Assembly: GCA_038062075.1 (NCBI GenBank)
Contig: JBBTXY010000003.1
Location: forward strand, 17,589-81,588
DNA from: Patescibacteria group bacterium
GTDB lineage: Bacteria; Patescibacteriota; Minisyncoccia; Phycocordibacterales; UBA2100
DNA length: 64,000 nucleotides
Reading direction: 5' to 3'
How positions within the stretch are numbered: the first letter of the stretch is position 1; every line of letters starts with the position of its first letter. Made by a program: the position numbers and the translations under genes. A model generated the notes under the pieces. It saw only the letters and a list, made by a program, of their open reading frames with translations, was not told the origin of the DNA and ran no database searches. Positions 48,399 through 56,255 of this stretch are shown here, one piece after another.

Positions 48399-49693
48399 CG
48401 GCATCGGGCTTTGCATCATTTGTGCAACGCCACAAAACCGAGCTCATCATTTTCAGCGGCGCGCTCCTCATCCGCGTGCTGTACGTGGTCCTGATCCAGG
48501 CGGTTTCGGGTGCGCACGGCTTTATCTCGCATGCCGATGCCTACTTTTTCTACTACCGCGCCGCACTCAATCTTCTCGAACACCACGTGTTGAGCATCGC
48601 GGAAATGGCCCCCTATTACCCAGATGCGTACCATACGCCGCTCTACGCACTCTTCCTCGCCGGGCTTATCGCGCTCAAGGTGCCGTTAGGGGGGGTTGTT
48701 CTGGTGCAGAGCGTGTTTTCTTCGCTGACGGCGGTCCTGGCCTATAGGATCGGCATCATCCTCTCCCGCCGTGCATGGATCGGGGTTTTTGCCGCAGTGC
48801 TTGTCGCGCTCGAACCGATGTCCTTGTACTGGAACGGGCTTCTCATGTCTGACGTCCTTTTCGGATTCTTGCTGACGGTATCCTACTACCTTCTCATAAC
48901 CGGACGGTATCGTATAAGCGCGGTCGCACTCGGGCTTTCTGCCCTCACCCGCCCGATCATGCTCTACCTTGCTCCGGTCTTTTTTCTTGCCATGGTGTTT
49001 GGAGAGTTCCGGCGCGAGAGGACATTCTGGGAGAACAGTGCGCGTACGCTCGCTTCGTTCGCGATCTTCGTTGCGATTATCTTCCCGTGGTTCGTGCATA
49101 ATAAGATAACGTCAGACACGTGGGCATTCACGAGCGCAGGATGGTATGAGATTTATGTCGCACCACTTCAGGAGTTCACGAAGCGGTATGGATATGAAGT
49201 GCCGGACGTAGAGACGTTGGGAGCCTCTGATTTCTCGCGCTTTAACTTTTCCTACTCTTCGCGCTATCGTGATGTGGCGCTTCCACTCATCATCCAGCAT
49301 CCGATTCAATACGGCCTTACGCATCTGTCCCGTTCGGCGAGGTCGGTGGTCACGAACCGCTACGAATACCTCGTGAACGTCGTCATTAAGTCACAAGTGC
49401 CGTCTCTATACGAGCGTTTTTCTAGCATTTTTTCACTGCTGCTTGTCGTAGGATGGTTGTTTTGGATCATCGTGTATCTTCTGTGCGCGGTCGCATTCTT
49501 CGAGAAGGAGATACGAATCTGGTGGTTCTTTTTAGCTGGACTCTTTCTCATCAACATCCTACTCTCGGGCGGGATCAATCCCGGAGGCGCCGAGATGAGC
49601 CGCTACATGCTTGGGCTCCATGCGTTCTTTTTCGCATTCGCGGGCGTCGGTGTACAGGTAATATCGCGATGGCGGAATTCGTTCAATGAGTGA
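48395..49693 (+). CDS. GT-C fold membrane glycosyltransferase (ArnT/PMT-like)
   Basis: Multi-TMS, overlaps rmlD stop (ATGA). Confidence 0.55.
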   Translation: MTASGFASFVQRHKTELIIFSGALLIRVLYVVLIQAVSGAHGFISHADAYFFYYRAALNLLEHHVLSIAEMAPYYPDAYHTPLYALFLAGLIALKVPLGGVVLVQSVFSSLTAVLAYRIGIILSRRAWIGVFAAVLVALEPMSLYWNGLLMSDVLFGFLLTVSYYLLITGRYRISAVALGLSALTRPIMLYLAPVFFLAMVFGEFRRERTFWENSARTLASFAIFVAIIFPWFVHNKITSDTWAFTSAGWYEIYVAPLQEFTKRYGYEVPDVETLGASDFSRFNFSYSSRYRDVALPLIIQHPIQYGLTHLSRSARSVVTNRYEYLVNVVIKSQVPSLYERFSSIFSLLLVVGWLFWIIVYLLCAVAFFEKEIRIWWFFLAGLFLINILLSGGINPGGAEMSRYMLGLHAFFFAFAGVGVQVISRWRNSFNE

Positions 49694-49820
49694 TAAAATG
49701 CTGCCCTATATGCCCGTACACACGAAATGGCATAGCGCTTAGAATTGTAATCGGTTATTCTACAAACTCTATGGTGTCAATTTACAAGTCATCTGTAGGG
49801 GCATTCGTTGCGCAGCAACA

Positions 49821-51026
49821 ATGCCATTTCGTGTGACGGGTATGCACTGTCGCCTGTGCCGTCATGAGAACACGCTTGAGTTCCTGGATCTGGGGAAACA
49901 GCCTCTCGCCAACAAATATCCGAAAAAAGAGGAGTTTGAGACCGAGGATTTCTTTCCCGTAAAGGTCTTTTTCTGTCCAGAGTGCAAGAGCGTGCAGCTC
50001 GGAACACAGGTCTCGCGCGAGAGGATGTTTGAAGACTACTTTTATCTTTCGTCGGTGAATACGGGACTCGTGAAGCAGTATGAAGTATTTGCGAAGACTC
50101 TTGCGGATTCGAGATTTGTTGTCGACATAGGCTCGAATGACGGCATATTATTGAAACCTCTGAAAGAGATGGGGGTCAAAGCCGTCGGCGTCGAACCCTC
50201 CATCAATGTGTCAAAGATAGCGAACGATGCGGGCCTCACCACGATCACCTCATTCTTCGATGCGAGAGCGGCCGCACAGGTAGAGAAAGAGTACGGAAAG
50301 CCCGATGTGATCACAGGCTTCAGCATGTTCTCGCACCTGGGGGACCCGCATGATTTTATCGAAGATGTGAAAAATCTCCTGATGGACGACGGCAGATTCA
50401 TCCTGGAGATCGAATATGTCGATACCATGCTGAAGAACATGTCCTTCGAACGATTTTACTTGGATAGGATCTCCTACTATTCCGTAACCTCGCTTGAGAA
50501 CTTGTTCCAGCAGCACGGCATGTACCTCTCCGACGTGGAGGAGACGGATTCTCATGGGGGGTCATTGCGCGCAACGGTGCAAAAGAAAGGAAAGGGTCAG
50601 GTGCCAACGGAGCGCGTCGCGCGTCATATCACGTATGAGGCGAAGAAGCTGACAGCAGAGAGCCTGACCGAATTCGGGAATGAGGCCATGGCGCAGATAG
50701 CAGCGCTTCGCGGAAAATTAGAGGAATTCAAAGCTGCCGGACTGAAGGTTGCTGGCTTCGGTGCGCCGGCACGCGTCTCCACATTATGCAATTTCGGCCG
50801 TATCGGCCCCGAACTCATTGCATGTATCGTGGACGAGACCCCGCTAAAGCAAAATCGACACAGCCCCGGGACACACATTCCCATCGTGCCGATGTCGCAT
50901 CTGGAAAAGTACCGACCAGACATCTTTGTCGTTTTTGTACATGAATACTTCGACGTCGTGAAGAAAAAGTTATCTGGGGCATCATATCGCTACCTGTTCC
51001 CGATACCGCCAAAAGAAGTACACTAA
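49821..51026 (+). CDS. Zinc-ribbon C-methyltransferase family, copy 2
   Basis: 'CRLCRH...CPEC', 'VVDIGSNDG'; collinear with 38839-40197. Confidence 0.65.
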   Translation: MPFRVTGMHCRLCRHENTLEFLDLGKQPLANKYPKKEEFETEDFFPVKVFFCPECKSVQLGTQVSRERMFEDYFYLSSVNTGLVKQYEVFAKTLADSRFVVDIGSNDGILLKPLKEMGVKAVGVEPSINVSKIANDAGLTTITSFFDARAAAQVEKEYGKPDVITGFSMFSHLGDPHDFIEDVKNLLMDDGRFILEIEYVDTMLKNMSFERFYLDRISYYSVTSLENLFQQHGMYLSDVEETDSHGGSLRATVQKKGKGQVPTERVARHITYEAKKLTAESLTEFGNEAMAQIAALRGKLEEFKAAGLKVAGFGAPARVSTLCNFGRIGPELIACIVDETPLKQNRHSPGTHIPIVPMSHLEKYRPDIFVVFVHEYFDVVKKKLSGASYRYLFPIPPKEVH

Positions 51027-51031
51027 TCAAC

Positions 51032-51958
51032 ATGACACGCCTTGCACTCTTCGGGCACGGACGGTGGGGGAAAGCTATTCTCCGGACGCTCGAGGGGTTC
51101 CCCGAAGTGTCGGTTACTGTCGTGGGCCGCGGCGAAACGCCAGGAGCGAACGTTGATGGCGCCATTATCGCAACGCCTGTCTCGACGCACGCCGAACTCG
51201 CGCTCCCGCTTATCGAGCGCGGAGTTCCCCTACTCATAGAAAAACCTCTGACGGCTTCCGTTGAGGAAGCGAACCGTCTCGAGGCTGCTGCCGAAAAGGC
51301 AGACACGCTTGTGCAGGTCGGGCATATTCATCTGCATAATCCGGCATTTATGAAAGTACAAGAACTGCTGCCAACACTAGGCCGCATCCGATATCTCTCA
51401 TTTGAGGGGATGAATAACGGGCCGGCGCGCAATGACGCATCGGTTTTATGGGACTGGCTTCCGCATCCCTTGTCGATGACGTTACGTCTTGTGGAGGCCG
51501 CGCCTCTATCGGTGCAGGCGTGGGGAATAAACTGTTTACGCCCCGACACGCAGGCGCTGTACGACATTGGCATCGTGAGATATGTATTTGAAGGAGGTGC
51601 GTCCTTGCTATGTTCGGTGAATTGGCTCTCGCCCGAGAAGCGCACCAAAATGACAATCGTCGGCGAAACGAGCTCGTTGGTTCACACCGATACGGATGCG
51701 CAGAAACTCGTGCTCTACGAAGGGATGGGCCCGGCTGTTGACGGGATGCAGGTGACGCACCAGGCTCCGTCCGTCTCGTATCCTGCCTATGGGGGTGGCT
51801 GGCCGCTGGAGCACGAACTGCACGCGTTTATTGACGCTCTGCAGAAAGGGTCTCGTGACCGATCAGAGTTGGCATTCGGTGCTCGGATCGTGCGATTGAT
51901 CGCCGCCGCGCACACATCGATCGAAACGGAAGGCCGAGCGGTGACCCTCAATATATAA
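51032..51958 (+). CDS. Gfo/Idh/MocA-family oxidoreductase (cassette copy 2)
   Basis: 'LALFGHGRWG', 'EKP'. Confidence 0.65.
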   Translation: MTRLALFGHGRWGKAILRTLEGFPEVSVTVVGRGETPGANVDGAIIATPVSTHAELALPLIERGVPLLIEKPLTASVEEANRLEAAAEKADTLVQVGHIHLHNPAFMKVQELLPTLGRIRYLSFEGMNNGPARNDASVLWDWLPHPLSMTLRLVEAAPLSVQAWGINCLRPDTQALYDIGIVRYVFEGGASLLCSVNWLSPEKRTKMTIVGETSSLVHTDTDAQKLVLYEGMGPAVDGMQVTHQAPSVSYPAYGGGWPLEHELHAFIDALQKGSRDRSELAFGARIVRLIAAAHTSIETEGRAVTLNI

Positions 51959-51966
51959 TCCACCCC

Positions 51967-53406
51967 ATGTCTTCCGGTATCACACGTAAGAAGTTTGTTA
52001 TACTCGGCGCGGGGCCTGCTGGCATGGGGGCTGCGTGGGAACTCCATACAAAGGGCGCGAAAGACATCACGGTCGTCGATCGCAACGACCGTGTCGGCGG
52101 TCTCGCACGCACGTTTACGTTCAAAGGCTATCGTTTCGATGTTGGGCCACACCGATTTCTGACGAAATATCCGGAAGTCGAAGTTCTGTGGAAGCAGCTC
52201 TTAGGCGACGACCTCTTGACCCGTCCGCGACTCACGCGCATTTATTATCGCGGACGTTTTTTTCTATATCCTCTCAAGATGGTGAACGCACTCTGGAATC
52301 TCGGATTTTGGCAGAGCATCCTCGCGGGCTTGAGTTTCCTGAAGGCGCAGATACTGTGGCGTGGGAAGGAGCCGAAGAATTTCGCCGAGTGGACCACGAA
52401 GACCTTCGGCAACCGGATGTCCCAGGCGTTTTTCCGGGACTATTTCAGGAAGGTGTGGGGGATAGGCGCGCACGAGGTCGGGATAGAGTGGGCCGGCCAG
52501 CGCATCAAAGGGATACGTATTCGTGATTTTTTTGGCAATAAGCTGAAAGAATTCGTCTGGCAGCAGAGGTCCGAGAATATCGGCAATCAGTTCTTGTATC
52601 CACGCCACGGTGCAGGGCAATTCTACGAAGCGATGAAACAGGAACTCGAGAGGGCCGGCGTGCATTTCAACCTCGGGCACGAGGTAGTCGCGGTGTGCCA
52701 CGAGGGCGAACATATCACTACGGTTGAAACCGAAGGACCGAATGGCGCGCACGAAATCTTCTCGGGCGACGTGTTCATATCGAGCATACCGGCGAATTTC
52801 CTCGTACAGTCACTCACGCCGGCAGTTTCTGCGAACGTGCTGGCTCTGACGGATACGATGCGTTTCCGTGCGCATATCGCGGTCAATATGATAATCAAAC
52901 GGAAGGATCTCTTTGCTGATTCGTGGTTCTATATCCAATCGTCCGAATTCCGCATCGCTCGCATCGGGAATTACGGCGCATTTAGCCCGGACATGTTGGG
53001 ACGGCCCGACACCTCCGCAATAGGGGTCGAATTCTTTTGCCACGCGGGCGATACGTTCTGGAAACAGAGCGACGAGGATATTATCGCACGTGCGGTAGAT
53101 GAATTGGTCCAGCTCGGGTTTATTGCGCGGGAAGAATTCGACGGCGCGTTCGTCGTCAGACATGCAGATGCATACCCGATGTATTACTTAGGGTATCGTG
53201 AGGAGTTCGCGCGCTTGCGGACGTATCTGGAAGGCTTTGAGAACTTACGGCTCACCGGCCGTGCGGGGATGTATAAGTACAAAGACCAAGATCACGCGCT
53301 CTATACGGGGATCCTGACGGTTCGGAACCTCTTCGGAGAGCATAACGACGTATGGGAGCTCGGAGAAGAAAAGGAATTTTTTGAAGAGAAAACAGTTTCT
53401 AAATGA
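51967..53406 (+). CDS. FAD-dependent oxidoreductase, copy 2
   Basis: 'KFVILGAGPAGMGAA...VVDRNDRVGG'; paralogue of 41246-42685. Confidence 0.65.
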   Translation: MSSGITRKKFVILGAGPAGMGAAWELHTKGAKDITVVDRNDRVGGLARTFTFKGYRFDVGPHRFLTKYPEVEVLWKQLLGDDLLTRPRLTRIYYRGRFFLYPLKMVNALWNLGFWQSILAGLSFLKAQILWRGKEPKNFAEWTTKTFGNRMSQAFFRDYFRKVWGIGAHEVGIEWAGQRIKGIRIRDFFGNKLKEFVWQQRSENIGNQFLYPRHGAGQFYEAMKQELERAGVHFNLGHEVVAVCHEGEHITTVETEGPNGAHEIFSGDVFISSIPANFLVQSLTPAVSANVLALTDTMRFRAHIAVNMIIKRKDLFADSWFYIQSSEFRIARIGNYGAFSPDMLGRPDTSAIGVEFFCHAGDTFWKQSDEDIIARAVDELVQLGFIAREEFDGAFVVRHADAYPMYYLGYREEFARLRTYLEGFENLRLTGRAGMYKYKDQDHALYTGILTVRNLFGEHNDVWELGEEKEFFEEKTVSK

Positions 53407-55658
53407 TGCCAAGTCCTTCCCGTGCTACAATCCTCTCCATGTTCGAAAAGGCATTGCGCACCATAGTCCTTGCGGGAGTGTTCGCGCTCCCGTTTCTCGT
53501 CCTCTACGTCTCGACGTCGCTCTTCTTTCCCTTCATTACGGGCAAGAATTTTGCCTTTCGCATCATCATCGAGATCATTGCCGGTGCATGGTTTTCTCTT
53601 GCACTAGTCAAGACCGAGTACCGGCCGCGGCGCTCGTGGCTTTTGTGGGCCTTCGCGGCCTTCGTACTTCTGATCGGTATTTCTGATATCTTCGGCGTCT
53701 ATCCGGAGAAGAGTTTTTGGAGCAACTATGAGCGCATGGAAGGGTGGGTGACGCTTGCGCATCTCTTTGTATATTTCGTCGTCGCGGTTTCGGTCCTCAA
53801 CACCGAGCGTCTCTGGAAGTACTGGTGGCACACGACACTTGGCGTCTCCGTCATCGTCGCTTGCATTGGTCTTTTCCAACTTGCGGGATGGGTCCCCATT
53901 AATCAAGGGGGAGCCCGCGTCGATGCGCGCATTGGGAACGCCACCTACCTCGGCGTCTACATGCTGTTCCATGTGTTCATGGCGGCGCTCTTTCTCGCAC
54001 GAGCGTGGGTTGAGCGGGCAAATGAGCGTACTCTGTACGTATCGCTCTATGGGGGAATCATTCTCCTCAATTCATTCGTTCTCTTTTTCACCGCGACGCG
54101 CGGCGCGATCTTAGGGCTCCTTGGCGGATTCCTCTTGAGTGGTCTCATTCTCATCCTACTTGCACCGCGCTCCCGCGTCGCATGGCGAGTTGGGAGCGTT
54201 ATTGCGGCGTTCATCATTCTTACAGGGGCGTTCTGGGCTGTGCGCGATCAGGCGTGGGTCCATCGGATAGAGCCCTTGCACCGCCTCGCGACCATTCTCT
54301 CCGACGGCACGACATTCTCGCGCTTCCTAAACTGGGGGATGGCCCTGCAAGGCTTCAAAGAGCGACCGATACTCGGCTGGGGTCAAGAGAATTATGCGGC
54401 GGTCTTCGACAAATACTACAACCCTGCCATGTACGCGCAGGAGCAGTGGTTCGACCGCACCCATAACATCATCTTTGATTGGCTCATCGCGGGCGGTATC
54501 CTCGGGCTTCTCGCATATTTCTCACTCTATCTTTTCGCACTCATCACTCTGTGGCGAAGCGGTCCGCCTGCGCGCGACGGATCGGGCGCGCGGTCAGGCG
54601 CATTCGCGCTGTATGAGCGCGCGATCCTCACCGGGCTCTTCGCAGGCTACTTCTTCTACCTCCTGTTCACCTTCGACAACATCACGAGCTACCTGCTCTT
54701 TATTTCGCTCTTGGCGTACATCGCGGCGCGCGCGACGGCGGGCGCGTCACCTCCGGTGCGCCCACCGATAACGCCGCTCTCACTCACGAGCTTGCCGATT
54801 GTAGTGGCAGTTATGCTTGTGGGAACGGGCGGGCTCGTGTGGTACGTGAATGCTGATGCGCTCGCCGCGAATCGGGCGCTCATCCAGGGACTTATGCCGT
54901 ATGCCGAAGGAGCATCGAAGAACCTTGCGTTTTTCGAGCAAGCGCTTGAGCGTGGGCATGGGAAGCAGGAAATACGCGAACAGTTCGCGCAGGCGGCGAT
55001 GAGCGTGATTGGTGCTCCCGGAGTGCCCAACGACTTGAAACAGCGTTTTGTACAGCGTGCGGCCGAGGAACTGGTGAAGCAGGCGAATGATGCGCCGCAA
55101 CACGCACGTGGCGCATTCTTTCTCGGCATCCTTCTTGATCGCGCCGGCGCATATGCGGACGCGAAACTGGCGCTTGAGCAAGCGCACGAGCGCTCACCAC
55201 AGAAACAAGGCGTTCTCTTCGAGTTTGGGTTGAATGCGTTCGCGCGCGGTGCAAACGACGAAGCACTTCAGTACTTTAAGTCGGCGTATGAAAGTGCGCC
55301 GCAGTATGCGGAAGCGTTTGCGTACTACGGTGCCGCGCTGATCCAAACGGGGCATGAGAAAGAAGCGGAGGAGCTTCTCGCGCCGTTGATAGGTACACGC
55401 ACTGCGGCGCATCAGCGCATCGCTGCCGCATATGCCGCTCGCGGGAAGTTCGATGCGATTATTGCTATCTGGAGTCCCTACATAGAGAAAAATCCTACCG
55501 ATTTCGACTCACGGCTTGTTATCGTCAGCGCATACTATTCCAAAGGAGACCGCGCGCGAGCGCTGCAGGAGCTTGAGCGTATGCGGCAGGAAATCCCCGG
55601 CGCAGCTGCGCAGATCGATGAACTGATCCGTCAGGCACAGAGCGGGGCGATACAGTAG
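53403..55658 (+). CDS. O-antigen ligase/polymerase-family (Wzy_C) membrane protein with C-terminal TPR domain
   Basis: 'FFTATRGAILGLLGG' Wzy_C motif; ~10 TMS; C-terminal ~250 aa of TPR-like Ala-rich repeats. Confidence 0.6.
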   Translation: MMPSPSRATILSMFEKALRTIVLAGVFALPFLVLYVSTSLFFPFITGKNFAFRIIIEIIAGAWFSLALVKTEYRPRRSWLLWAFAAFVLLIGISDIFGVYPEKSFWSNYERMEGWVTLAHLFVYFVVAVSVLNTERLWKYWWHTTLGVSVIVACIGLFQLAGWVPINQGGARVDARIGNATYLGVYMLFHVFMAALFLARAWVERANERTLYVSLYGGIILLNSFVLFFTATRGAILGLLGGFLLSGLILILLAPRSRVAWRVGSVIAAFIILTGAFWAVRDQAWVHRIEPLHRLATILSDGTTFSRFLNWGMALQGFKERPILGWGQENYAAVFDKYYNPAMYAQEQWFDRTHNIIFDWLIAGGILGLLAYFSLYLFALITLWRSGPPARDGSGARSGAFALYERAILTGLFAGYFFYLLFTFDNITSYLLFISLLAYIAARATAGASPPVRPPITPLSLTSLPIVVAVMLVGTGGLVWYVNADALAANRALIQGLMPYAEGASKNLAFFEQALERGHGKQEIREQFAQAAMSVIGAPGVPNDLKQRFVQRAAEELVKQANDAPQHARGAFFLGILLDRAGAYADAKLALEQAHERSPQKQGVLFEFGLNAFARGANDEALQYFKSAYESAPQYAEAFAYYGAALIQTGHEKEAEELLAPLIGTRTAAHQRIAAAYAARGKFDAIIAIWSPYIEKNPTDFDSRLVIVSAYYSKGDRARALQELERMRQEIPGAAAQIDELIRQAQSGAIQ

Positions 55659-55785
55659 CACGAAAAAGATCCACTGCGGAGGACGGGTGCGAGCTCCAAA
55701 AGTGAAAGTCAAATTGTGAGTGCCGCCGCCCTCCACAGTAGATCCTTCTTTCCCAAGTGTATCGACTTCCCATAAAAACGCAAAA

Positions 55786-55800
55786 CCCGCCGAAGGCGGG
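55786..55800 (-). terminator. Hairpin CCCGCC-gaa-GGCGGG with T-tract on minus strand
   Basis: On minus strand followed by TTTTGCGTTTTT; no annotated minus-strand ORF upstream. Confidence 0.35.
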
Positions 55801-56066
55801 ATCTGCGCGACTTTCTCTGGGCATCACATCTTTGTGACACTCACGTAGTTATCATAGCGCATCGAACTGGAAACGCAATCGTATGCATACTGATCTTTTC
55901 TTAGTTTCCATTTTTGATTTTTGTCTCTCTTTAGTTATCCACAGAAAAAATAAAAAACACATGCATGACGCACATAGAGTGCAATAATTCAGAAAACGCA
56001 TCAACATACGCAAAGCAACGATGCGGGTCGAATGTTTTAGTCCCTAGGGAAAACTAAAAAAATACT

Positions 56067-56117
56067 ATGGCCAAGAAAAAGAAGGCGAAGAAGGCAAAGA
56101 AGTCTCGCCGCCGATAA
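56067..56117 (+). CDS. 16-codon Lys/Arg-rich mini-ORF (MAKKKKAKKAKKSRRR) upstream of secA
   Basis: ATG..TAA intact, AGGGA 14 nt upstream, followed immediately by a strong terminator; too short for the ORF track. Confidence 0.3.
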   Translation: MAKKKKAKKAKKSRRR

Positions 56118-56137
56118 GACCTCCTCGGTCTATCCGA

Positions 56138-56170
56138 GAAGAACCCTCCTCTGGAGGGTTCTTCTCTTTT
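56138..56170 (+). terminator. Strong rho-independent terminator/attenuator
   Basis: 12-bp perfect stem GAAGAACCCTCC/GGAGGGTTCTTC, 3-nt loop, then TCTTTT. Confidence 0.65.
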
Positions 56171-56255
56171 GAGGCCAAACATTTTTTCAATGCAAAAACG
56201 TTCGTCCGATGAGTCGCCAAAGCGACTCGTTTAGGGTAGGATATTCCAACTGCAT

